64,000 bases of DNA. Source: Tubulanus polymorphus (Eukaryota; Animalia; Nemertea). The position numbers and the translations under genes are program-made. Each line of letters starts with the position of its first letter. Positions within the stretch are counted from its first letter, which is position 1. The notes under the pieces were generated by a model that was not told the DNA's origin, did no database searches, and was given only the letters and a program-made list of their open reading frames with translations. This document shows positions 1 through 13,361 of this stretch, piece by piece. The stretch covers positions 29,608,150 through 29,672,149 of the forward strand of contig NC_134026.1 of the NCBI RefSeq assembly GCF_964204645.1, in the 5' to 3' direction.

Positions 1-941
1 ACGCTGTAGAAAGTACAGAGATATCGACACTTGTTCAACCGTACCATTTTCAGGGTTCTTCACTATCGGTGTTCGATTCTGGTTATATACAATACGACAA
101 TATTCATCATTACTAGTTACCCGACCCCGATACTGAGTGGCAAAGAGCAATATCTCTGCGAGCATTACAGAACGCTAAACATGCCACAAATTGACTTATC
201 GTGTTCGGCAAATACCAAACAATCTCCATCTGGCAACTAATTTCCTCGCAGTTTTTCGGTTTTATAACAGCTACACCGAAACTGACACTTTCACGTTTTA
301 TCCACATTTTCTATCAATTGAATACTATATTGGATTAACACATAGCGCCATTGACTAATGGAATCATTCTTTATTAATTTGAAGAAATATGAACCAACAC
401 TGGCGTACGTTCAATTTTCTTAGTTATAGTTATGTATACATTAAACTCAAACGGGTAAGATTTTGCTTCTCTTTGGCGCTAAACACCAAAACCAACAATA
501 CAAAGGTTGCAACAAATATACGTTTACCATGATCAGACTCATGTAATGTTTATATGTAGATTGGTTCGTAATCAAAATCAAATCGGCGTAAAATTAAGTT
601 ATCATTTGATTAACTAATCTTTCTAGTGTGCGGGTTTTTTTTTCACCTCGGGGAAATTATCATTTATCGATGACCGCAAATCTGAGGGTCAACATCTCTT
701 TCCACAGACGGTTGGTGTACTGTTACTTCCGTTTTAATTACCGTCTGCGAGGGTAAAGTTTGGTCACGTGTCACGCGGGCCAATCGATTGATTGACAGGG
801 GCTGAATATACATTGAATCATTACGTTTTGCCATTTGTACAACAGTTCTGACCGATTCGTGAATTTCTTCTTCATATGTACACTACAAATGAGTAAAATT
901 TGATTAAAGAATTTATGATGCTTTCGATTCTTGTTTTGCAG

Positions 942-1180
942 TAGCGTCACTGATTACTGGATTGGTAGTATACCCACTAGGTATGAAATCGCCGTTGATA
1001 CGTCACTATTGCTACGGAGCTGACTCGTTTGATCCCGGAACCTGCCAGGTCGGATGGGGCTATATGCTCGGTATAATGGGCACTGGACTATCGATATTTT
1101 GTCCAATCATGGCCCATTATGTCGATGTGAAAGTCCACGATGAAAACCCAGTGATTGTGACTCCTGTTACTTTTGTTTAA
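942..1180 (+). CDS. Last coding exon of an LHFPL/TMEM211 (LHFPL7-like) tetraspan membrane protein; upstream exons lie outside the window
   Basis: Acceptor ttttgcag at 934-941, then ...GLVVYPLGMKSPLIRHYCYGADSFDPGTCQVGWGYMLGIMGTGLSIFCP...PVTFV*. The YPLG...C......C..GW.Y.L pattern matches the C-terminal half of LHFPL proteins. Paralog assignment is uncertain. Confidence 0.8.
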
Positions 1181-1772
1181 TCCCTTCAAATATTTTCCAA
1201 CTAAAAAGAATCCGGTGTTTGTGGGTTGTATATTGAAGATTTTACCCGCAAAACCAACAAGAATTATATCGGAGAATGAATGAAGATTATTTTGGCAGAA
1301 TAATCACGGATGGCTAGGTGCAGGTATAACCCTAGGGCTAGACCAGTCATTACACATTGAATCGTCTAGTCGCAGCACTGATGTCACCACGGTACCGGTA
1401 CGTACTATTGATGCAGAATTGATCAGAGAAATTACTGATGAAAGGAACAGTATATCCCGCGGGAATGTTTTTCCTATGATCTTATTGACCGCTGTTTATT
1501 ACTGACCACATAAAACAACTATTAACATTGAACGCGTACCACGAGATTTGCCATTGAGAGCAATGGAGGACTACTCCCTAAAGGGGCATAATGGATTTCT
1601 TGATTGAAGGAACCGTGAGTCCTTATACAATTATTTATAAATGAATCACATATTCATCAAAATATCACAAATTTTCATTTTTATGATTATTTCAGTTACA
1701 ATGACCCAACCGTTTACTTCTATGTATATATAAATATACATATATTTATATATACACACATATATTTATATC

Positions 1773-2110
1773 CATCCTCCCTCTGCAGGGACTCGAACCT
1801 GATGGCATCGCTACACTCAGCCACGGCACGAACCCCTGCCATAGACGACCATGTGCGCAGTTACATGCGCACTATCCGAACGAAAACTGGCGGCACCAAT
1901 CAGATTGCTCGTTGTATAATCGGTGAGGCAAATTTCGAGGAGGAACTATAAATGGGAAAACCCGGGCTAAAATAAAACGGGATTTCTGATTGGCTAAAAA
2001 TCACATCATCTGAACTGCGCATGTATCTGTGCACATGGTCGATTGTGGCAGGGTTTCGTGCCGTGGTAATCTCGATGCCATCAGGTTCGAATCCCTGCCG
2101 GGGGAGGATG
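1773..2110. mobile_element. Foldback/MITE-like element with ~95-100 bp imperfect inverted arms containing a tRNA B-box-like motif
   Basis: Left arm 1773-1871 (catcctccctctgcagggactcgaacctgatggcatcg...tacatgcgca) is the reverse complement of right arm 2016-2110 (tgcgcatgta...cgatgccatcaggttcgaatccctgccgggggaggatg). Partial arm copies at ~30606-30645 and ~59844-59877. Confidence 0.75.
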
Positions 2111-2324
2111 TTTTATATCGCAAATGCCTTAAACTGACAAAGTACGTGCAATGTGGATTTCAGTCGAAAAAAAGATTGGATCACGTCTTGCGTAATTCTC
2201 ATCAAGACTGTGACTTGTACATAGATTGTGTCATATCTATCTTAAACGGAGGTTTTTCACTGACGTCTTGCGTATTGCTGGCACATGTGCGTCATATTGG
2301 CCGTATGATGTCTAGTAAATGATT

Positions 2325-2455
2325 GTAGGAAAAATGCCACCGGTAAAATACCACCAGAAAAAATGCCACCGATTGAATTCACCAATGATTTCCCTGGTGG
2401 CATTTTTTCCTACTTTACAAAAAATGGCATTTTTTATCAGTGGCATTTTTTCCAT
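2325..2455. repeat. Small MITE-like element built of direct and inverted aaaatgccacc units
   Basis: Three aaaat(g/a)ccacc units on the left and three tggcattttt units on the right; gtaggaaaaatgccacc pairs with ggtggcattttttcctac. Confidence 0.6.
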
Positions 2456-5400
2456 ATACCTAAGTGAATAACCTATGTCTGTTGTCCTCGTCTGAAAGTT
2501 GTCGAACAATGCTTCCAATGTTGTGTGTAATTGAGCGATAAATTATGATAAATCACGTCAAAATATTTTATCAAATGTGTAGTTTTAGATACTGATAGCA
2601 ACATTTCAACTGTTATTATCAAACGCTCTTGTAAACTCTGTGTATTTCATTCGTATCTTATATACGTTTTGTGTATGACGCATATACAAGAAATCTATAC
2701 TTCAAAATATGAGTTCCTTTCATGTATTTTTTTTTTTGGTATTGTAATAAGTGTTCACATGACGAGGTGTTAAACATTTTCTACTGTTATTTTAAATTAA
2801 CGCCACAAATCAAATACTCAACTGATAAAACGTTACGTTCATGTCATCGTACCATTCTTGCCTGTCGATCTCAGCTCCGATGCCTTATTCACCCTATAAG
2901 ATTCTTCTCATTGTGTTTTTGTTTTTATTCATGACATATACAGTTTTAGATGGAGAGTTTTTGCATCTGATTTTTTACAGTTGCGCCAATTTTTTCATAT
3001 TTCATAAATCAGGTGCCATGCTGTATATCGTGAAATATAAGACCACTCTTGCAGCATGTTTGTAAGCAATATATATGTAAATTTATGAAAATATTGCATT
3101 GTATATGAAATATAATTTACTATAGAATGTGCCTCAGATACGTACTCACTTAAGCAACAACAAGTCCACGCGTGTTTTTGATAATCATTTTACTGAAAAT
3201 GCAAGTAGTGTACTCTTGATAATATGTAGGTATTTTGATAAATCAATATTTTTCTCCATTTTTTGGAGTTGAATTTGATAAAATAACTTTCAAGATATAA
3301 TCATGACGTATATATTTACTATGTGTACCGTGTATAACATCAAGGCGAATCTTGTTCAATCAAAATGCATTCATCCATCGCATATCATTTTCCATGAAGA
3401 ATATCTCAGAATTTTTATGAATTACAATGCAATAACTAAGTACATATAGATGTATCTATAATCTTACGTTATAACATTTTTCAGTATGTATTTGATATAA
3501 TATTTGTAAATATAAATGTAGTTTGTGAATTAGGATCTATCGGCATTTCTGTAGTCAGTGAAACAACAATTATCTTAATTCGGTAATGTATGTGTTAGTT
3601 GAATAGCAATAGAATACTTCCTTTTTGTAAGAAAATGAATACAATCATTTGCATTTGTTGGTTGTGAACTAGAAAAGGTTTGGTAAAATATGAGAAAACA
3701 TTGTCAACGAAAATGCAATTTTTCTTGAGGAAATGACGTCATTGCTAAGGTGACAAGGTGACGTAAACGATTGATGACTGATCAAAACACATTCCTAGAG
3801 TCGCGATAATTAATCGTGGTATTACTTGCTGCATTATTATGTAATCCTGAAATAATCGATGGCAGATCTGGATTATTCCCTGGATTACTGGATCTACACA
3901 CAAATCTGGTTGAGCCACCAGAGTCGTGACACATCACTGCTGCACGATGATCGGTCCTATCACCGGCTGGGATTATTGAAGAAGTTAGGCCGATAATTAT
4001 TGAATAACCTTGTGAATCATATCATTATAAAGGCCAACGCTTTTTTCGTCTCGCATTTACTTCATTGAAGCACTAGAACTACTAAGCCCGTGATTTATAT
4101 ACCCCTAACCCCATCCTCTGCATTCGCGACTGTCAAAAATTGTATTCAACCCATTTTATCGAGAAAGAAGCGAAAGGAAAAATGGACAGATCCGACTGAA
4201 AGAGCAAGACAGCTCAGGTCTCTGGGGAAGGTGTTATGAATTAATTATTGAAGGAGATATGGTTATTTTACGGTCTAGTAACATCGCAATATGATTCATA
4301 ACTCTAGGGAGGCGATACCTCTCCTATAACTCATAAACTGTCTCCATCCAAGCCTTAAGTGATTCTTTACTGTAGATTCGTCAAAGATTTATCGTAGAAG
4401 TTTGGAACATCTAAGCCTGGCGCGGTCGAAAACGAACACACAAATATATCGGGGGAGATATTTGAATGAGCGATCATATAAAAAAGGAGCATGATCATTG
4501 TGTCATCTACGTTTATTTCAATTAAATTGCTTTAAATCTTTTAATTATTCTTCCACGGCACCCGGAATTTCCATTATTGAGTCCGCATCAGCAATAGATT
4601 AACCATATTTAGGTGATGAGAGGTGGTGATGATTTACAGTTCGTGGCTCGAGTCGAGCGCAATATTCGTTTAGAACCCGAGGCGTGATCACCAGTCGTTT
4701 GGGGTCCAATGATATTTTCAATCACCAACACCTACCCGATAGACATTTCCATAATTTCAATTAAACTTGAAGACAGATTAAGCCGCGGGATGCCGGGTGA
4801 TGGGTCTGATACGTGACTAGCAGCTACACACACATCTATCCTCCCGTTACGGTTAACACCTCTAAAACTGACGTCATCTCGCCGTTAAGCGACCATCCGT
4901 CAAAACCACTTGTAAAACTTGCTGACTCACTTGCTCAGGAGCGCGTTTACGTGAAACCATACATCAAATTACATGGGTAAATCGCTCCCTAGTGGTATAC
5001 GCCGTGTGCATCTTAAAACAACATCAAACTAACATTTATTAGCCCCCAGTTTAATAGCTCAATTTGTCGCTTCGGGGAATTATTATCAACTAAAGAAATG
5101 GCTATGCGTTATAAAGTTCTCCCACAGAATAAAACTCACACATACCGGCAACAATCATACGTCGAGCACCGAAAGTGGAAGCCAAATTCAATCTCATTGA
5201 AAGCCCAACTATGAATATGTCTATAGATTTCCAGCTTTGATCTTTTGTACACGGCGGGCACTGATACTACTGATTCGTTTGGATTCCGAGGACGGGCAGG
5301 GCGGGTTGTCCTTCACCAAGAACTTTTTGGGTAGCCTACACTAGAATCGGGAGATTACTGGAAACAGACCACTGCCAGGCTGGGGTGAAGGTGTCCCCAC

Positions 5401-6125
5401 CTCGAAGGCCGGGGATTAATGACAAGTCCGGACGGGTCGGTGTTGGTGGCCGGAGGAGTCAAAATAAGATATTCTAACTATGTGTGTAAATTCCTGACAG
5501 TATTGGTTTTGAGTCTAAGATATTTTCAGGCGTTTTCGTATAACACGCCTTAACCAGGATGTGCTGCCATCTGCAATAAGGAAGAATAAAGAAAGTTTGA
5601 ATTTCGTAATTATCCATACGCGCTTTGAAATGTAGTTCGTAACTGGAAGCCCAAATAAATGCTACAGTAATATCTATAGAAGCGATCAAGATTATTCGAA
5701 CTTAGTTTATTGTTTGCCATAAAATTTGAATTCAATAGAATAGCAGAATATTATGAATTAACTGATGTCAAGGCGCAGGAACAATTGTTTACATGTGGTG
5801 TTGTTAGGTCACAGCTGTTGTGTGATTTATTTTTTTTCATTAAAATATTTTATTTTGGATTACAAATTATGATCGAAGATGCGGATTACATCACAGGTTC
5901 GTTTTGATCGTATATCCATAGACCGAGACTGGAAGTTCATCGATACCTGCTTCGACTTCGAAAATTCGAGTCGTTCGTTCGGAGTTGACGTTCTTCCGTT
6001 GGCTTGCATCTCATCTTGAAATTCACCCAATTTCCGCCCTTCTCTTCATTCATCTCGATCTCATCGCTCGACATCGGCGTTGAGACAAGTATAAAAATAT
6101 GTAAATGAAATCATTAATTTTCTAG

Positions 6126-9100
6126 TTGTTGAGAGCCAAATCAGGCACAGCACCGCTTCACTCAGTCAGTTTTGTTGATTTGAAAAATCTTTCAATTGGT
6201 AAGCGTCCATCCATCATTGTCAGAAATCAAAACTGTTGTCACAATAGATCATCATAATCATAATATTGATGAATTACTGTGAACATTTTTTGCAGCTGTC
6301 ATTGAGAAATTAGAACTATGTCCAAAGTTAGAAAGCTTAATTCTAAGAGGAAATGATATTGAATCAGTGATAAATTTGGAGCAAAGTCATCATCTTTGGA
6401 CTCTGGATCTAACTAACAACAAGGTTTGTTTTCCAATCAAATCTAAGCATGACTGTTTTTGTTTAGACCTAAATGAAATGGACAAAAATGCTTTATTTCA
6501 GTATTTTGGTAAAGTTTTTTTCCCTTGTAGCCACTACTATACTGCGCACAGAAGGCCTACTTTTGATTTTTTATGAGAGCACCTTTAATATTCTATAGTT
6601 GTTGGTTCTGCGTTCTGATAAATGACAGGAACTTCGTGACACAAGATTTGTTGTTTGTTATACATGACTGATATATGTAAAATACAATACTAGAAAAATG
6701 CCTGAAGCATGAGTATTATTAACCATGGGAAATAGAGCTATAGACCCTGAGAGCGAGTTCTCTATTTACATACTAGATTAGACTTTATAGAAATTTTAAC
6801 TGGGCTTTATACTTGCATTGATTTCTTTCTCTGAAAAGTAAATTCGTGTTACACCCTTTTATTTGTCCAAGATTTAACAGATCATGAAATATACTGAACA
6901 TATTTTTTAAGGTAAAAAGTTTAGACGGACTATCCAGATTCGTCGCTTTCGGGACACTGGTTCTATCTCACAATGCTTTAGACTGGCCAGAACTTGCCAA
7001 ATTAAGACACATGCACATATTACATTTGAGTCTTGTTGGAAATCCACAACTTGAAAATGATCCACATTGTAAGTAGTGTTGTGAGAAGTTACAGTCTGAT
7101 GTTACTGCCCTAAAAACCTTGAGAAATAAAAGATGAATACATTTTCAGATCGAATGCATGTTATTGATTGTTTACCACATTTATGGATGTTAGATGGTGG
7201 TATCATTACATGTAGGTCAATCATTAAATGAGTCTTGAAATTTAAAGCACCTTCAGCACTACCTGGGCTGTATATATTTGATATCTGTATATCTTGCAGC
7301 CAAAGAAAGGTTACAAGTTGAACAGTTTTTTGAAGATACTGAATTTTCTGAACATCCAGTTGTAAGTTCTTAGCCTGTAACAACTGAAGTACCTTTTTCA
7401 ATGTAGTTGAAAAATATATTTATTTGCATCATATTTTAGTATATTTTCTCTATTCTTTTTATATCTTTATAGAGACACAAATTCCCAAAGGATATATTTA
7501 TTCCTTCTTCATTACAAAATATCCATGTGAAAGGTATCTATGGTAAAAATGCAACTGAACTTCTCAGAAGATTTCCAACAAACGGACCTCAAAACATAGG
7601 TAGTTAACAAATGAATAGATCTAAAGATTAATTCATAGATTTCTGAGATTCTTACTAGGCTATGTCCACCATGATTTCTGTTTTCTTATAGAAATGGATG
7701 TTCGTCATTTAAAGTACATATCCAGTCATATTCAGGGATTTCTCGAACAAGAAGAATCCAACAGAAAAAGGTGGACATCAATCAATCCTTGAGATCTCTA
7801 TTCAATAAAAACATGCCTTGATTAATGCTCAATATATCTGGTGATTTTAGGAAGAATCGACTAGGAATTTTAGGGAGAAATTATGGGTTTATAGATGAAT
7901 TACTAGGTGGACGTGAAGATGACAAGGAAAGAGGCAACGTTTTTCTCATTTTACTTGTTGCATCACTAGAATTTTTTATCCCAGTTCATTTGATGAAGAA
8001 AACCCTTGAAGTTTGTCGTTTGACTAAAATAGGGTAAGCTTCTTAACAACACCACAAAACTGTCAGTCTCAAATTATATTCAGTCAAAGCATAAGCTGAT
8101 CTTCTAATTTCTAGTGATGTTGAGACTATGGATATATTCCTGTTACCAAAGGATATACGATGTACTCTGATCTGTATTTTACTGAGTGGTGCTAAAATTG
8201 ACCAGGATAAGGGAGAGGTAAGAGATAATACCTTTGCACTAAAATCACATTTAAATCATAATTTTGAATTAATTGGTTTTTATTTTATTTTAGGAGGGTG
8301 GCTTGTATAACCGGTTGTATTTAAGTTTATACTATCTTATGCAAGAAATCGTTAAACTTCAAATATCTTCACATCAGTCGTCCAAAAAAATTAAGAAAAC
8401 TACGAAATCTCAGGCGTAAGTGTCAAATCAGAAAGAGTTATCAGTCCGTGAATGGAAGTAAGTTTCTGAAATTAACAGTAATTTTGCATTAAAGAACTCA
8501 AGATTGTCGCAGTTTGTTAGCGTCTGAGGTTGTACAGTTGTTCTGCATTGTACCGGAGTTCTTCGAATACTTGGATAAAGATTTAGGTATAATGAATATG
8601 ATCGCTTCAGCTGCAGGAGATGTGTCTGTAATGGTCAGGTTACATCAAATATTTGATCATCTCAGTTCACACAAGGTCAGTAGAAGAGACTGAATTCGTA
8701 CGTAGCATTTAGACATTCATCGATCGATTTACTATTGAATATTTTCAGGAAGACGCAAAATCCCTTCGAGAAGAGATGTCTCAGTTATTGCATAACGTAG
8801 TTCAAGCTCACGCCTCTAAAGTTCTCAATAAATCTATAGTTAGTATAGTACGCGATCAGCACACGGAAATCGATGCTCTGCCGAAACGTAGTAAATCTTC
8901 ACGTTTAAATTCTGCTGAGTTTTTAGCGATTGGTCGCCATACTCCGCAACGCGAGAGACCAACAATACGACCGGTCAAACCAAAAATCAAACATAAAATA
9001 CCCGGTCAGTAAAATAACGTCCTAATGAAATATTTTAGTTAAGTATCATTTTGCAACTTGGTTAGTTTTAATACAATAATAAATTATTGGTTATTACAGA

Positions 9101-12100
9101 TATAGGAGATAGCGTGCTACTTGGACCTCAGGTAAATTGGTTCATATTGCATAGTGGTACATAAGTCAGTTATATACCTTCAAAATGGGCCTATTCTAAA
9201 TTTGTTCATGGTTTTTCCAATTTCAGAATATTGGACGAATCATAACAATTCCAGAAACATATTTAGCTCAAGTTCAGATGGATGTTATTCCAGGTACAAT
9301 GATACACCGGAGAATAGTAAAATCTTTGATACTTCCGAGGGTAGGGGCCTAACTAGTATTATTGTAATCTCCATCTTTCAGTGGCTAATGGTGCGATGGT
9401 GAGCAATGTGAAAGACAGCGATGAACATTACGTCTACATAGATCTTAGGAAAGTAGAATGGGATCATAAATTGTTTTACTGGAGACCAAAAGGGACCATC
9501 GGTGATAGGTACGATCCTCGATGATAATTCGTTTATCCTGAAGTTTTTTGTCAACACTTTTTCTTCATGAATTGAACTATTTCAGACTCAGTATTCAACC
9601 GGTGGATCAGGAAAAACCCGATGAATTAATGGAAGTCGATGTAGATTCAAGGAGTGAAAATTCTCCTCGTGTTCCATCTGTCTCTTTCTCTCGACCTACG
9701 ACTGTTAAACAACGTCCTCATACATCTAGACCTACAGTTAGTACCGCATGCTATTTACTCTTAAAACATCCTAAAAACAAACTTCTTTCAGATCAGGGAA
9801 AATTGCGAATTCCGGCTTTAGTCAGGAATATCTGCCGGTAATAAGTGGCACAATGAACCTCTTGAGAAGGAAACAGTCCCCACTGGATTCCTTGATCTGT
9901 AAGAACCCTGTAAAGAATGATATTTGTTGTTAATTTGAATGTTTTGTTCTAGTATTCTGAAACGCCACGTCCGATGTCGGCCGTGCTCGCTGAAAAATTG
10001 CAACTCGAAATCGAACCCAAATCGCTCGAGAATCTCCAACAAGGTGCCGACATTCTCGAGAAAAATCTGTACGATTGCATACAATGTGCCGTAGAAACAG
10101 TTACCGCTAATCTACCGTCAAAAAAACAGACAGTTCCGGCTCAAGTGTTCTTAGGTGAATTACCAGCCAGTGTATGGAGGACATCGCACGGACAAATTAT
10201 AGAGACTACCACTAGTCAGCCGGGGTAAGTAAAGGACTCAACTCCTTAATTTGCAGTTAAGATTGACTGAAATTATAAGCGGAGAACTATGGAACTGGAA
10301 CTAGAGGACAGACATAATGTACTGTATAACCTATATTATAGTACTCCACGTGTTGGAAGCGCTTCCACTTATGAAAGAATAGACCAAATACAACAAGCAC
10401 CCGTTCAGAAATCGGGACTTACAGAAAAAACTTCCGAAAAACGAATTCGATCCAGTCAACCGACTCCGCGGAGAGAGAAAACCCCAGAGATTCTAAATCG
10501 TCAAAGAGAAACATCTAAAAGTGCAGTCATGGTAGGAACACTACAGATAAACTGAATATATTCACAGGGTGCCGCCACTTTCAACCCATTTACAAATCCC
10601 CTGAATTTTCCCTGGTTTTTCCATCTGATTACACAAAATTTCAGAGTGAATCAGAGTACGTGGTCAATAGCATTATCCAACATTGAACTTACAGATTCCT
10701 GCAGCGGATGAAATAACGATTCATCAATCTGCCTGTTCACAATGCAGCAAAGAAAAACTACTGCAGTCTCCGGCAATAAGCCTGAATTTCGACCGGGAGA
10801 CAACGGATGAATACCGAGCCAAAACTCCAACTCCAGTCATCGCGAAATTCTCATCGGAGCTGAAGAGTACTCGCCCGATGAGCGCGATCGACGCTTACAG
10901 TTACTTCCGTCGTCAACAGAAATTAAAAACAGAATCGGAAGATGGAGTTTTTCATTCGGAATATCAACATAGAAGAACTGAAGCTTGGCGAGAATCGGCT
11001 AAAGATATAAGAAAATCTCCGTCTAAAATCGGTTAGTCAAACAATTATTAATCCTACCGTAAACTTCATCTAATTTGGATATAGCCTAGGGATCATTCAT
11101 TTATTACGTACGCATTAGGGGAGGGGGGAGGGGTTTGTGCAATTGCGTACTGTAATGCTTACGTATAAAAAAAATGGCTGAAAAAAAGTTAAATTTCATG
11201 CGTATGTAATAAATGAATGATCCCCTACTTAGACTTTTACCTAACTTAGACAAAAATAAAATCATTTTCTGATTTCTTATTTCATTTTCCGATTCCTTAA
11301 TCCTCTTTTTTGTGGTCCTAGTTTGGCAAGGTTAACTGTATTTCATTGTAAAATTTTTCTATGTTTTCATAGTTGTAAAGGATGAAAGTATGACGAATAT
11401 CTCGGGATCCGCCGAACCTCCGAGCACCGATCATACGGCAAAGTTCCGAATCTCAATAAAACAGGGAGATGATTGGTTAGCGAGAGGACGAGATGTTTAC
11501 ATCGAAGAGGTGATAAAACGTACTCAACCGGCTCCTATACCCGGCTGGAAGGATGGGTTAAAACATCGCGCTAAATCAGCTCAAAGACCTTGTTCATCGT
11601 AAGTGTTATTATCATATGTATATAAAAAAAACATATAAACAGGCTTCATTCAATCATTTGAATGTTGAATTTTACAGACGACCAACAACTCCAAATTATC
11701 TCACCACATCTATGATCAATAGTTCAGTTGCAGGTAAAGTTTTAATCAACTCACTTTCTTGAAATACCTCGAATGCTTTCAATGTTGTAAGGATTATTTT
11801 GAATATTTTACAACAAAATTCATTTCTCCGTCCGTTTATTGATAAAGTATGTATGCCCATATATTGTTTACAGTGATACCGATGACACCAGTGGCTACAC
11901 CGCTTTATATAAGCGAACCACAAATATCTTCTCATAATATCAGAAGGTTAGGAACTCTACGGTCTGGCAAAAAAATCACTAATTTGGATGATTAATACCT
12001 AACACTGAGAACGCTTTGATTTATGATTAAAAAGGGATGAAATAACTGAACGTAAATGAACTGCTGCACGGTTTTTGACCGGAAATGATCTGATCTTCGC

Positions 12101-12780
12101 TTGATTTGAATACTGCACGAATGTGGTTCTTCTGCGCTTTATTTCTCACGATGTAAATACTATGCACGCTGAATGAAGCACACGCGATTCACCCGAATCT
12201 CTCTAACCCCTTCTATTGCTTCCCTCTCTACCTTACTATCTATACTAGCTGTGACATTTTCCTACTCTCTGAATAAAACAAGCCAAATCACTTAACTGCA
12301 CAAAGGTATGTGTCTTCACATCGATAATCAACATTGTTTCAATTCATCCTAACCGAAATCTTGATTCAAAAACATTTGATAAAATGTGCCTGTAATTCAA
12401 ATTTCAGATCAAGACAAAAATCCCCGGCAAGAGTTTTACCCAGACATAGTATGGGTGTGGTATGTTTAGACTGTCACAATTCACAGAGTATTTATGATAT
12501 AGACGACTATTGTTATTACGGTCACACAGTTACCCCTGAACCGACTGAGGAATTATCACCCGAACGAACTGAAACAGTCGCCGCGTTACCGGCTGTGAAT
12601 GATCAATTATCATCAGAAATCGAGAGAACTGAAAACAAGTCTGCGAAACAAGCGAAGAAAGATCACTCGAGTTCGGCCAGTAATAAAATAGAACCAGGAC
12701 AAGTGATGTATTTCTCTAGTAAACAACCTTATTTCACTACAATGAAAGTAGTAATAGAGTCAAAACAGACCAAACTCTAA
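6126..12780 (+). CDS. Multi-exon uncharacterised protein with N-terminal SDS22-like leucine-rich repeats and LRRcap, followed by a long Ser/Thr/Pro/Arg-rich disordered C-terminus; start exon not identified
   Basis: GT-AG exons join in frame: LLRAKSGTAPLHSVSFVDLKNLSI / AVIEKLELCPKLESLILRGNDIESVINLEQSHHLWTLDLTNNK / VKSLDGLSRFVAFGTLVLSHNALDWPELAKLRHMHILHLSLVGNPQLENDPH / YRMHVIDCLPHLWMLDG (GNP...YR..V...LP.L..LDG is an LRRcap). Further + strand exons run to the stop at 12780; AATAAA near 13012. Confidence 0.75.
11089..11224. mobile_element. Intronic MITE (PIF/Harbinger-like)
   Basis: TIRs gggatcattcatttattacgtacgcat / atgcgtatgtaataaatgaatgatccc, flanked on both sides by CTA (3-bp target duplication). 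Confidence 0.75.
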
Positions 12781-13361
12781 TTATACCGTCCTTAACTGTT
12801 AATTTTATGAAATTATCAGATTTTTTAATGAATGAATTGGCTTTATTTCTATCTGTCTCATATTGTTAATTCTTTTTTGTATGAGTGCAATGATGAATGA
12901 TGTTAGGTGTTTTCCGTTACCTGTGATATAAATACAGTAATTAAATCAACACAGTGTATGCAAACTTATATATCTATATATGTACATTTGTGAATTTTAA
13001 TTTATGAATTTAATAAACTATTGATACACAAAATGAGAAAACTGTTTGATTAGCATCGATTTCATAGAGCGGATCATTATACAGGTCATTTCTACTATCA
13101 ATAAAGGATCATATGATGGAAATCCCGAGACATGGATGAAAATCAGGACGACAAACTGAACCATATTTTATGATTTATTGTCAATTCTTCTCACATGCGC
13201 AGAATCAAATAAATTTACAACTTACATGAAAAAAATTCAATTTTATCAAATTATAATCATTCGCATTATTTACACATTATCATAATGAAAGACTCAATTT
13301 TCAATACTTTTCCTTCCACTTAAGACTTACTGGCGCTCACTAGTACTCATTTAAAGACGAA

